Virus record (IMG/VR): IMGVR_UViG_3300007734_000563 | Span: 1 to 31,290 of that record | Direction: 5' to 3' (one strand) | Length of the DNA stretch: 31,290 nt | Origin: a virus | Taxonomy: Duplodnaviria > Caudoviricetes | Position numbers and translations under genes: made by a program | The notes under the pieces: generated by a model | Told to the model about the DNA's origin: nothing | The model's input: only the letters and a program-made list of their open reading frames with translations | Databases searched by the model: none | Part shown: piece by piece, positions 1 to 7,211 of the stretch | Position numbering within the stretch: position 1 is the stretch's first letter | Layout of the letters: every line of letters starts with the position of its first letter

Positions 1-2
1 TT

Positions 3-167
3 GGCCAATCTAAACAAGTAGATCATTCAAAATTTACCGGTAAAGATGGATATTTAGTTGGTGGAGTAGATATTGAGATGTCAAATCCTCAAGAAACTCA
101 AACTGATGTAGTACAAGGTCAAGGAAACATACTTCCAGAGAAAAAAAGATCAGCAAAGTGGTACTAA
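3..167 (+). CDS. 3' part of a small hypothetical phage protein (truncated by window edge)
   Basis: Open frame 3 reading GQSKQVDHSKFTGKDGYLVGGVDIEMSNPQETQTDVVQGQGNILPEKKRSAKWY*, with TAA at 165-167, 3 nt before the next ATG. Not in the ORF track. Confidence 0.75.
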   Translation, partial: GQSKQVDHSKFTGKDGYLVGGVDIEMSNPQETQTDVVQGQGNILPEKKRSAKWY

Positions 168-170
168 AAC

Positions 171-599
171 ATGATTCAAATGTTAGGAGCCGTTGCACCA
201 CTTGCAAAAATTCTATTTAATACAATTGATAAAGCTGTTCCTGATAAAGATCTTCAAGAAAAATTAAAAGCACAATTACAAACTCAATTACTACAATCTA
301 ATACACAAGAATTACAAGCTGCAGCTAAAATTATTGAAGCTGAAGCAAAAGCTGGATGGTTTGCAGCAAGTTGGAGACCTTTACTAATGTATGTATTGAT
401 CTTTATCTTGGTTTGGAACTATGTTATAGGACCAGTTATAAAAATATTCACTGGAGCTATTATCTCCTTTGAATTGCCTGGCGATGTCTGGAGTCTTCTC
501 CAGATAGGTTTGGGCGGTTATGTGGTAGGTCGCTCTGCTGAATCTGTTGCAAGAACTTTAGCAAATAGACCTGTAAATAAAGAACAAGAAAACGGATAG
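171..599 (+). CDS. Holin, 3-TM (GTA-holin-like) family
   Basis: Coiled-coil N-terminus, then the WFAASWRP motif, a hydrophobic helix, and LGLGGY-like C-terminal helix (QIGLGGYVVGRSAE). Confidence 0.75.
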   Translation: MIQMLGAVAPLAKILFNTIDKAVPDKDLQEKLKAQLQTQLLQSNTQELQAAAKIIEAEAKAGWFAASWRPLLMYVLIFILVWNYVIGPVIKIFTGAIISFELPGDVWSLLQIGLGGYVVGRSAESVARTLANRPVNKEQENG

Positions 600-608
600 G
601 AAAATAAA

Positions 609-848
609 ATGGCTGGATTAGGAAAACAAACAAGAGGAACTGGTATCGCTAAAATTCAAAGACAAGAATTTAAAAAAGGTGGAAAAGCATTTCCAGATTT
701 AACTGGTGATGGAAAAGTTACTTTTAAAGATGTTTTAAAAGGTAGAGGTGTTATCAAGAAAAAAGGTGGAATGATTAAAAAAGCAGATATGATGACTGCT
801 AAAATGCCTGAAAAGAAAAAAGGCAAAATGATGAAGGGAAAAAGATAA
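609..848 (+). CDS. Small basic protein with an EF-hand/dockerin-like loop; putative internal head protein
   Basis: AGGA RBS; Lys-rich; contains DLTGDGKVTFKD loop and FKKGG/KKKGG motifs; TAATG coupling to the next gene. Confidence 0.7.
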   Translation: MAGLGKQTRGTGIAKIQRQEFKKGGKAFPDLTGDGKVTFKDVLKGRGVIKKKGGMIKKADMMTAKMPEKKKGKMMKGKR

Positions 849-1300
849 TGGCTGGATTTGGTATTCAAAAAAGAGGAACATCTCCACTTCTTGTAAAAAG
901 AAAAAAATTTAGTGCTGGAAGTTCTGATCCTGAATATGCAGAAGATATGTCAGAAATGCACGAAGGAGCAGAATCTGCAGCAGAAGAAGCAAAAGAAACA
1001 AAACTTGAAAAAAAAGGATACGAAGAAACTAAAACTGGAAAAATGGTAAAAGCAGTTAAAGAAGGAGTAAAAAACGTTACTAAAAAAGTAAAAGATCGTG
1101 TTGAAAATGTTAAGTTTGTTACACCAACTCCTAGAGTAAACAAAGCCAAAGGTGGCCAAGCTAAAGTTGCTAAAGTAATGAGAGAGTTTGGAAAAGGAAA
1201 ATTACATTCTGGTAAAAAAGGACCTGTTGTAAAATCTAGAAAACAAGCAATTGCAATTGCTCTTTCAGAAGCTGGAATGTCAAAGAAAAAGAAAAAATAA
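848..1300 (+). CDS. Small basic/acidic protein, C-terminus DUF6496-like
   Basis: C-terminal KVMREFGKGKLHSG...KSRKQAIAIALSEAG is recognisable; TAATG-coupled at both ends. Confidence 0.75.
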   Translation: MAGFGIQKRGTSPLLVKRKKFSAGSSDPEYAEDMSEMHEGAESAAEEAKETKLEKKGYEETKTGKMVKAVKEGVKNVTKKVKDRVENVKFVTPTPRVNKAKGGQAKVAKVMREFGKGKLHSGKKGPVVKSRKQAIAIALSEAGMSKKKKK

Positions 1301-1551
1301 TGGGTAAACTTTGTCCAAGAGGAAAAGCAGCGGCTAAAAGAAAATTTAAAGTGTATCCTAGCGCGTACGCGAACATGTATGCATCTGCTGTTTGTTCTGG
1401 CAAAGTAACACCTGGTGGTAGAAAAGGAAAAGCTGGTGGTGGAAGTATTTCACAACAAAGAAAAATGGTATCTAATTATAAACAAGGTGGCATTGCAAAA
1501 GGTTGTGGAGCAGTATTAGAAAATAGAAGAAAAGTTACTAAGAAATATTAA
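1300..1551 (+). CDS. Small basic conserved phage protein (KFKVYPSAYAN family)
   Basis: AKRKFKVYPSAYAN motif typical of aquatic-virus hypothetical proteins; coupled start. Confidence 0.8.
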   Translation: MGKLCPRGKAAAKRKFKVYPSAYANMYASAVCSGKVTPGGRKGKAGGGSISQQRKMVSNYKQGGIAKGCGAVLENRRKVTKKY

Positions 1552-1552
1552 T

Positions 1553-1852
1553 ATGGCAAACGGACTTAGAAAATGGGTCGCTGAAAAATGGGTAGACATT
1601 GGATCAAAAAGAAAAGATGGTTCATATGCTCCATGTGGTAGATCAAAAGGAGAGAAAAGAAAAGGCTATCCAAAATGTGTACCACTTGCAAAAGCTAGAG
1701 CAATGTCAGAAGGTCAAAGACGTTCAGCAGTTCAAAGAAAAAGAGCAGCAGGAAACACAGGACCAAAACCTAAAAACGTAGCTACGTTTACAAAAAGAAA
1801 AAAAGCTGCTACTGGTGGAATTATTAACATGACAACTATGAGATACATTTAA
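1553..1852 (+). CDS. Small basic conserved phage protein (GLRKW..EKWVDI / CGR / YPKCVP family)
   Basis: Motifs GLRKWVAEKWVDIG, PCGRS and YPKCVP; very Lys/Arg-rich. Confidence 0.8.
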   Translation: MANGLRKWVAEKWVDIGSKRKDGSYAPCGRSKGEKRKGYPKCVPLAKARAMSEGQRRSAVQRKRAAGNTGPKPKNVATFTKRKKAATGGIINMTTMRYI

Positions 1853-2181
1853 TGGGAGATATTGCATTAAGAGGACAAGGTAGAGCAATGATGGCATCAG
1901 GTGGTAAAACTCCTGCATGGCAACGTAAAGAAGGTAAAAACCCATCAGGTGGATTAAATAGAAAAGGTATTGCATCTTATAGAGCTGCAAATCCTGGATC
2001 AAAACTTTCAATGGCTGTAACTACAAAACCATCTAAATTAAAAAAAGGTTCTAAAGCTGCTAATAGAAGAAAATCGTTCTGCGCGCGCATGAGCGGGATG
2101 AAAAAAAGATTAACTTCAGCTAAAACTGCAAGAGACCCTAATTCAAGAATTAATAAGTCACTTAGAAAGTGGAACTGTTAA
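1852..2181 (+). CDS. Small basic conserved phage protein (DUF6321-like)
   Basis: PAWQRKEGKNPSGGLN...RRKSFCARM...SLRKWNC, a domain also common in T4-like cyanophages. Confidence 0.8.
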   Translation: MGDIALRGQGRAMMASGGKTPAWQRKEGKNPSGGLNRKGIASYRAANPGSKLSMAVTTKPSKLKKGSKAANRRKSFCARMSGMKKRLTSAKTARDPNSRINKSLRKWNC

Positions 2182-2204
2182 TATAACCAACAAAGGAGAA
2201 AGCT

Positions 2205-2456
2205 ATGGACGCTGTAACATTTATAACAAAACTGCAAAAATTTATCAGAGATTCTTACCAAAATATTGGGGATGCTATGATATCTGGAACAGTTGACAGT
2301 ATGGAAAAATACAAGTATATGCAAGGACAGGCAAATGCCTACCAAACAGTAATTCAGGAAATCTCTAACCTGCTAAACAAGAAGGAGCAAAATGATGAAA
2401 AAGGAAACGTTATCGACCTCGGAAAAGGAAATCCCAAAGATAAACCTAGGTCTTGA
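2205..2456 (+). CDS. Conserved hypothetical protein upstream of groES
   Basis: AAGGAG RBS; helical protein; 3' end overlaps the groES ORF by 65 nt. Confidence 0.75.
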   Translation: MDAVTFITKLQKFIRDSYQNIGDAMISGTVDSMEKYKYMQGQANAYQTVIQEISNLLNKKEQNDEKGNVIDLGKGNPKDKPRS

Positions 2457-2859
2457 AGAAAAGTATAAAGAAGAAGATAAAAATAAAACTGAACCATTAA
2501 ATCCAGAGAATATAAAATCTGTAGTTGATGAATTACCAACTCCATCTGGTTGGAGATTATTAGTATTACCATTTACACCAAAAGAAAAAACATCTGGTGG
2601 AATTATTATTTCACAAGAATCATTAGACAGATTACGAATCGCAACTAATTGCGGTTATGTTTTAAAGATTGGACCGTTAGCCTATTACGATAAAGAAAAA
2701 TATCCGACAGGCCCATGGTGCAAAAAAGGCGATTGGGTTATTTTCGCGCGTTACGCGGGATCACGACTACCAATCGAAGGCGGTGAAGTTCGTATATTAA
2801 ACGATGATGAAGTATTAGGAACTATTCCTGATCCTGAATCTGTACTTCACTATATATAA
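2392..2859 (+). CDS. groES: Co-chaperonin GroES/Cpn10 with N-terminal extension
   Basis: LPTPSGWRLLV, KTSGGIII mobile loop, GDWVIFARYAG, RILNDDEVLG; AAGGAG RBS. Confidence 0.9.
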   Translation: MMKKETLSTSEKEIPKINLGLEEKYKEEDKNKTEPLNPENIKSVVDELPTPSGWRLLVLPFTPKEKTSGGIIISQESLDRLRIATNCGYVLKIGPLAYYDKEKYPTGPWCKKGDWVIFARYAGSRLPIEGGEVRILNDDEVLGTIPDPESVLHYI

Positions 2860-2874
2860 ACATAGGAGGAAACT

Positions 2875-3843
2875 ATGCCAGAAGACAAAAGCAAAAAAAC
2901 AGTTGATATAGATACTTCAGGACCAGAGGTTGATGTTGAGTTTGAAGACACAGCAAAACCAGAACCTGAGTTTGAAGTAAAAGAATCAAGTGTCAAAGAA
3001 GTAGAAAAAGAAGAAAAGCCCCTTGCCGCTAGCTCCGAGAAGCTAGAGACAAGCAGCGAGAAGCCAGAGGCTAAGAAAGACGAATTAGAAGATTACAGTG
3101 AAGGTGTGCAACGAAGAATTGCAAAACTAACTAAAAAGATGAGAGAAGCAGAACGTCAAAGAGAAGAAGCTTTACGTTATGCACAAACAGTGAAAGCTGA
3201 AAAAGAACTACTTACAAAAAGATTTAGTTCTTTAGAAACGACATCTTTAAAAGATAAAGAAGCTAAAATTATATCTGCATTAGAAGCTGCAAAAGGCAAG
3301 TTAGGACTTGCTAGAGAAGCAGGTGATCTTGCGATAGAAATTGAAGCTCAAAAAGAAATTGCAAGACTTGGTTACGAAGAAGCAAGACTTCAAGAAATGA
3401 AGGAACTTGCGGCGAGAGAGCCAGTTAAGCAACCAAATACAATTTCAGAAGTTAACGTTCCAAGACAAAATACGCCTGTTGGAAGTCCAAGAGCAGAAGC
3501 ATGGGGAGAGAAAAACCAATGGTTTGGTAAAGATAAACCTATGACTTATACAGCTTTTGACATCCATAGACAGTTAATTGATGAGGAAGGTTACGATGCT
3601 GAAAGCGACGAATATTATGCGGAAATTGATAAAAGAATAAGACTTGAATTCCCGCACAAATTTGCTAATAATGCAACTACGGAAACGACCAAACCGACAC
3701 AAGTAGTAGCTTCGGCGAAGCGAAGTGTAAAGCCAGGTCGCAAAACTGTGAGACTCACCCCTTCTCAAGTTGCTATCGCCAAAAAATTAGGAGTGCCATT
3801 GGAAGAATATGCGAAACAATTAAATATCACGAAGGAGGTATAG
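2875..3843 (+). CDS. Probable capsid scaffolding protein
   Basis: Acidic N-terminus, long coiled coil, C-terminal VRLTPSQVAIAKKLGVPLEEYAK helix; lies upstream of the capsid gene; AGGAGG RBS. Confidence 0.7.
   Translation: MPEDKSKKTVDIDTSGPEVDVEFEDTAKPEPEFEVKESSVKEVEKEEKPLAASSEKLETSSEKPEAKKDELEDYSEGVQRRIAKLTKKMREAERQREEALRYAQTVKAEKELLTKRFSSLETTSLKDKEAKIISALEAAKGKLGLAREAGDLAIEIEAQKEIARLGYEEARLQEMKELAAREPVKQPNTISEVNVPRQNTPVGSPRAEAWGEKNQWFGKDKPMTYTAFDIHRQLIDEEGYDAESDEYYAEIDKRIRLEFPHKFANNATTETTKPTQVVASAKRSVKPGRKTVRLTPSQVAIAKKLGVPLEEYAKQLNITKEV
3029..3070 (+). repeat. Heptamer array, 6 x CNAGnnn, within the scaffold gene
   Basis: CTAGctc CGAGaag CTAGaga CAAGcag CGAGaag CCAGagg at exact 7-bp spacing. 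Confidence 0.8.
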
Positions 3844-3847
3844 GCAT

Positions 3848-4309
3848 ATGGAAAACGATAAAATGAAGACCCCACGTGCGAGCCAAACTAGGGCTACTGA
3901 AAAGAGACCTACAACTTGGACTCCACCATCAAGTTTGGATGCACCGCGCCCAAAAGACGGATTTAAACACCGTTGGATTCGACTTGAAATTTTAGGTCAG
4001 GATGACTCTAAAAACGTTTCGAATAAGTTAAGATCAGGATTTGAATTAGTGAGAGCTGATGAATATCCAGGTGAAACTTACTCAACGATTCAAGAAGGAA
4101 AATACGCAGGTGTAATTGGACATGGTGGCCTTGCGCTGGCAAGGATACCGGTAGAACTCGCAAAAGCTCGTGACGAGTACTTTGCAAAAAGGACTAAGGA
4201 ACGAGAAGACGCAATTAACAACGATGTCTACAAGGATCAGCACCCAAGTATGCCAATCAATAGTGAGAGGCAGACTCGTGTAACTTTCGGTGGTACGAAC
4301 AAAAAGTAA
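3848..4309 (+). CDS. Conserved head-module hypothetical protein
   Basis: GGAGG RBS; WTPPSSLDAP and HRWIR...G(F/W)ELVR motifs; lies between scaffold and capsid genes. Confidence 0.8.
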   Translation: MENDKMKTPRASQTRATEKRPTTWTPPSSLDAPRPKDGFKHRWIRLEILGQDDSKNVSNKLRSGFELVRADEYPGETYSTIQEGKYAGVIGHGGLALARIPVELAKARDEYFAKRTKEREDAINNDVYKDQHPSMPINSERQTRVTFGGTNKK

Positions 4310-4359
4310 TTTTTTGGTAATACCAACGGATTAAATCAAAACTTAAACAAGGAAAAACT

Positions 4360-4939
4360 ATGGCTAACCCAAATGCAGCTTTCGGTTTATTACCGATAGG
4401 CAAAGTTGGTCAGAATAGAGACGCTCAAGGTTTAAGTGAATATAATATTGCGGCAAGTAGTTCAGCTATTTACCAAAATGATCCAGTAACAGCAGCGGCA
4501 ACTGGATACATTACGGTAGCTACTTCTTCTAACGTGCAAATATTGGGTTCACTGAACGGAGTATTCTATACTAACCAATCTACAAAAAAACCTACATGGG
4601 CAAACAATTTAGCAGCTTCTAACACAGCTTCTGACATTGTTGGTTTCGTGTCGGACGACCCTTATGAGAGATACGAAATACAAGCTAGCTCGACTCTTCC
4701 AGTTGCGGATATTTTCTTAAACGGAAATATCGTTTATACTGCTGGATCTTCAGCTAACTATGTATCTAAAGTTGAGATTTAAACACACAACGTGAGTGCA
4801 ACGTACTAGTCAGATGCGTATCATTGGAGTTTCAAAAGGCTTCAATAATGAGAAAAGTGATGCAACAACTTACGCTACTAACGTAGTAGTAACTGCTGTT
4901 ATCAACAATCATTTCTACAAACAACTATCAGGCATATAA
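4360..4939 (+). pseudogene. Head decoration/minor capsid-type gene interrupted by a frameshift near 4780-4804 (possible sequence error)
   Basis: Frame 1 stops at 4782 after YVSKVEI. Frame 2 from 4805 reads TSQMRIIGVSKG...VINNHFYKQLSGI* to 4939, ending just before the capsid RBS, and looks like the natural C-terminus. Confidence 0.7.
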
Positions 4940-4952
4940 TAGGAGATAAATT

Positions 4953-5861
4953 ATGGCTATATCACGAGGACAACTAGTTAAAGAACTAGAGCCAGGATTG
5001 AATGCACTATTCGGCCTGGAATATAAAAGATACGAGAATCAGCATCTTGAAATTTTCGATGTAGAGACTTCAGACAGAGCTTTCGAAGAGGAAGTAATGT
5101 TATCTGGATTCGCTAACGCGGAAATCAAGCCGGAAGGATCTGCAGTTGTATTTGACAATGCGCAAGAAACTTTCACTGCTAGATACACTCACAACACTGT
5201 AGCTCTTGCTTTCGCGATCACTGAAGAAGCGATCGAGGACAATTTGTATGATAGACTTGCGTCTAGATATACAAAAGCATTAGCAAGATCTATGGCAAAC
5301 ACTAAGCAGGTAACTGCAGCGAACGTGCTAAATAATGCATTTAGTACATCATACGTTGGTGGCGACGGAGTTTCTTTAGTAAACTCTTCTCACCCAACTA
5401 TTGCTGGTTCATTCAGCAACACGCTAGCAACTCAAGCTGACTTAAACGAAACTTCTCTTGAACAATCATTGATTGATATCAATGCGTTCACAGATGAGCG
5501 TGGTTTAAAAATTGCAGCTCAAGGTGTTAAATTAATCATTCCAAAAGAATTACAATTCACTGCGGAAAGATTAATGAAATCAGCGTTAAGAACTGGTACT
5601 GCTGATAACGATACAAACGCGATTAGATCAATGGGAATGGTTCCACAAGGTTATGTGGTTAACAATTTCTTAACTGATACTGATGCGTTCTTTATCAAAA
5701 CTGACGTTCCAAACGGTATGAAGATGTTCGTAAGAGCACCTATCAAAACTGCTATGGAAGGAGATTTTGATACTGGTAACGTTAGATACAAAGCTAGAGA
5801 AAGATACAGCTTCGGCTGGTCTGACCCTAGAGGTATCTTTGGATCACAAGGATCTGCTTAA
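4953..5861 (+). CDS. Major capsid protein (Mu gpT-like, HK97 fold)
   Basis: MAISRGQLVKELEPGLNALFGLEY, FAITEEAIEDNLY, FDTGNVRYKARERYSFGWSDPRG; AGGAG RBS; codon bias typical of a highly expressed gene (TTC, AAC, ATC). Confidence 0.9.
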   Translation: MAISRGQLVKELEPGLNALFGLEYKRYENQHLEIFDVETSDRAFEEEVMLSGFANAEIKPEGSAVVFDNAQETFTARYTHNTVALAFAITEEAIEDNLYDRLASRYTKALARSMANTKQVTAANVLNNAFSTSYVGGDGVSLVNSSHPTIAGSFSNTLATQADLNETSLEQSLIDINAFTDERGLKIAAQGVKLIIPKELQFTAERLMKSALRTGTADNDTNAIRSMGMVPQGYVVNNFLTDTDAFFIKTDVPNGMKMFVRAPIKTAMEGDFDTGNVRYKARERYSFGWSDPRGIFGSQGSA

Positions 5862-5880
5862 TATTTAAGCATTTTTTATT

Positions 5881-5909
5881 TAGTGGGGTCCCTTTATGGG
5901 GCCCCATTA
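5881..5909 (+). terminator. GC-rich stem-loop after the capsid gene (terminator or mRNA-stabilising hairpin)
   Basis: TAGTGGGGTCCC-TTTAT-GGGGCCCCATTA, a 12-bp stem with 2 G-U pairs. There is no downstream U-tract, so it is atypical. Confidence 0.55.
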
Positions 5910-5930
5910 ATCTGATAGAAAGACAAAATT

Positions 5931-6173
5931 ATGACAAAACTGTTTCAAGTAAAGATTAGAGCTTATGGTCACATGGCTGATTTTAATATTGAAGCAGAAG
6001 ATAGTGCAGAAAGTATAGAACGAGCTATCCTTGACAAAATAGGAAAAAAAGGTATATTACTTAAAGACAGCAAAAGGATGTTTTCAACATCTAAATGCTG
6101 GATAACCTATGAGGAGGTTGTAGATGATATCAGTTCAAGACCTTTACAAGAAAAAAAGGTCATTAGAACTTGA
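5931..6173 (+). CDS. Hypothetical protein
   Basis: 80-aa ORF filling the gap after the capsid hairpin; FQVKIRAYG and CWITYEEV motifs. Confidence 0.65.
   Translation: MTKLFQVKIRAYGHMADFNIEAEDSAESIERAILDKIGKKGILLKDSKRMFSTSKCWITYEEVVDDISSRPLQEKKVIRT
6031..6058 (+). promoter_or_regulatory. sigma70-like promoter inside ORF 5931
   Basis: TTGACA (6031-6036), 16-bp spacer, TATATT (6053-6058), upstream of the GGAGG RBS of ORF 6124. Confidence 0.5.
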
Positions 6174-6339
6174 TTGGGAGCAACACTACATTCAAGAGGG
6201 TAAATACACTCTTGATATGGTTAAGATTGACGAAAAAATAAAAGACGTCATTAACCAAATTAAAATGTCTGAAGCAGAAATTGCTCATAGACAAATTAAA
6301 GTAGAATTAGCTGCTCCTGAGTTTTCTGTAGCTAGCTAA
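6124..6339 (+). CDS. Hypothetical coiled-coil protein
   Basis: GAGGAGG RBS upstream; overlaps the previous ORF; LYKKKRSLELDWEQ motif. Confidence 0.75.
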   Translation: MISVQDLYKKKRSLELDWEQHYIQEGKYTLDMVKIDEKIKDVINQIKMSEAEIAHRQIKVELAAPEFSVAS

Positions 6340-6354
6340 AAACTAGCTATTTAT
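6328..6354 (+). terminator. Small hairpin over the stop codon of ORF 6124, possible weak terminator
   Basis: GTAGCTAG-7nt-CTAGCTAT followed by TTAT. Confidence 0.35.
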
Positions 6355-6387
6355 ATCCGAAAAGTGAGTTTTCGATGCAGGAACCCC

Positions 6388-6416
6388 TTGCGCTATTTAA
6401 TAAATTCAGCTATATT
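6388..6416 (+). promoter_or_regulatory. sigma70-like promoter
   Basis: TTGCGC (6388-6393), 17-bp spacer, TATATT (6411-6416); predicted start about 6423. Confidence 0.6.
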
Positions 6417-6422
6417 TCAATT

Positions 6423-6492
6423 ACTATACATTAACTTCTAATATCGACGCGTATAGTCGACGGCCTAGAGACGGTATTGGAATAACTAGGAG
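6423..6492 (+). ncRNA. Structured 5' leader RNA (kissing-loop/double pseudoknot); candidate Mu-gpT-DE-like element
   Basis: Pairings 6423-6429/6451-6457, 6436-6446/6472-6482 and 6464-6468/6486-6490; the last overlaps the AGGAG RBS. Confidence 0.65.
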
Positions 6493-6499
6493 AACACTT

Positions 6500-6808
6500 A
6501 TGGCAAACACAACTTTTCAAGGACCAGTAGTATCATTAAATGGAATTATTGGTGGACCAAATCCAAATGCTGGATCTGGAGCAAACGATACTGAACAAGG
6601 TGGAAATGTAGTTTATTCTTTTTCAAATGTAACTACTCTTATTATTTCATCAGGACAATATTCAGGAACTACTTTATTAGCAACAGCTAGTAGAGGAGCT
6701 TTGGTATTTACCTCTAACTGTTGTTCATCAGTTGCGGGATATGTTTTTTCTGATGGTACAACTTGGAAACAAGTTAATGCACCAGCAAGCAATATATCAG
6801 ACGTATAA
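6500..6808 (+). CDS. Small virion protein (head fibre/decoration-like)
   Basis: MANTTFQGPV start; C-terminal YVFSDGTTWK beta motif typical of fibre proteins; AGGAG RBS. Confidence 0.7.
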   Translation: MANTTFQGPVVSLNGIIGGPNPNAGSGANDTEQGGNVVYSFSNVTTLIISSGQYSGTTLLATASRGALVFTSNCCSSVAGYVFSDGTTWKQVNAPASNISDV

Positions 6809-6817
6809 TAAATTAAT

Positions 6818-6843
6818 TTAAGGAGCTCGAAAGGGCTCCTTAA
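6818..6843 (+). promoter_or_regulatory. 11-bp GAAA-tetraloop hairpin directly before an RBS
   Basis: TTAAGGAGCTC-GAAA-GGGCTCCTTAA; RBS TAAGGAG at 6846-6852. Confidence 0.6.
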
Positions 6844-6858
6844 TATAAGGAGAAAAAT

Positions 6859-7203
6859 ATGGGAATGTATAAATCAGATGTAAAACCGGTAATATGCGAT
6901 GCAAATACAAGTACTGCAGTTTTATTTACTGGACCTACAAGATTAAGAGGATTTATGATTCAAGCTGGAGGAACTTCAGGAGCTTGTATTATTAATGGTC
7001 TATCAGATACTTCTACTGTAAGTACATCAACAAATACACAAGTTTATATTCCAGTTCAAGTTGGAGCAAATCAAACTGAAACATTAAATCTTCCAGAAGA
7101 TGGAGTTTTATATGCACAACGAAATGGAACAGGAATAGTAGATGGTATTGGAATTGCTTCAAATACAAGCGGATTAACTGTTACATTATTTATAGATAAG
7201 TAG
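6859..7203 (+). CDS. Conserved small virion protein
   Basis: KSDVK...GPTRLRG...LPEDGVL pattern; strong RBS. Confidence 0.75.
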   Translation: MGMYKSDVKPVICDANTSTAVLFTGPTRLRGFMIQAGGTSGACIINGLSDTSTVSTSTNTQVYIPVQVGANQTETLNLPEDGVLYAQRNGTGIVDGIGIASNTSGLTVTLFIDK

Positions 7204-7211
7204 GAGTCTAC

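Noticed and set aside
656-2572. Antisense or alternate-frame ORFs 656-868, 865-1149, 950-1159, 1599-1781, 1724-2011 and 2354-2572
   Set aside because: They are shadows of Lys-rich + strand genes (hence Phe/Leu-rich) with no RBS or motifs.
2587-2604. KTSGGI in GroES, and GG pairs in capsid and tail proteins, as members of the xxxGG motif set
   Set aside because: These are explained by the native GroES mobile loop and by Gly-rich beta turns, so they were excluded from the motif tally.
4780-4782. Stop-codon reassignment or programmed readthrough as an explanation for the broken gene
   Set aside because: All other genes read cleanly in the standard code and end at TAA/TAG/TGA. Readthrough alone hits TAG at 4807 and does not reach the correct frame.
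5881-5909. Canonical intrinsic terminator
   Set aside because: The stem is strong but lacks a 3' U-tract on either strand, so it is kept only as an atypical hairpin.
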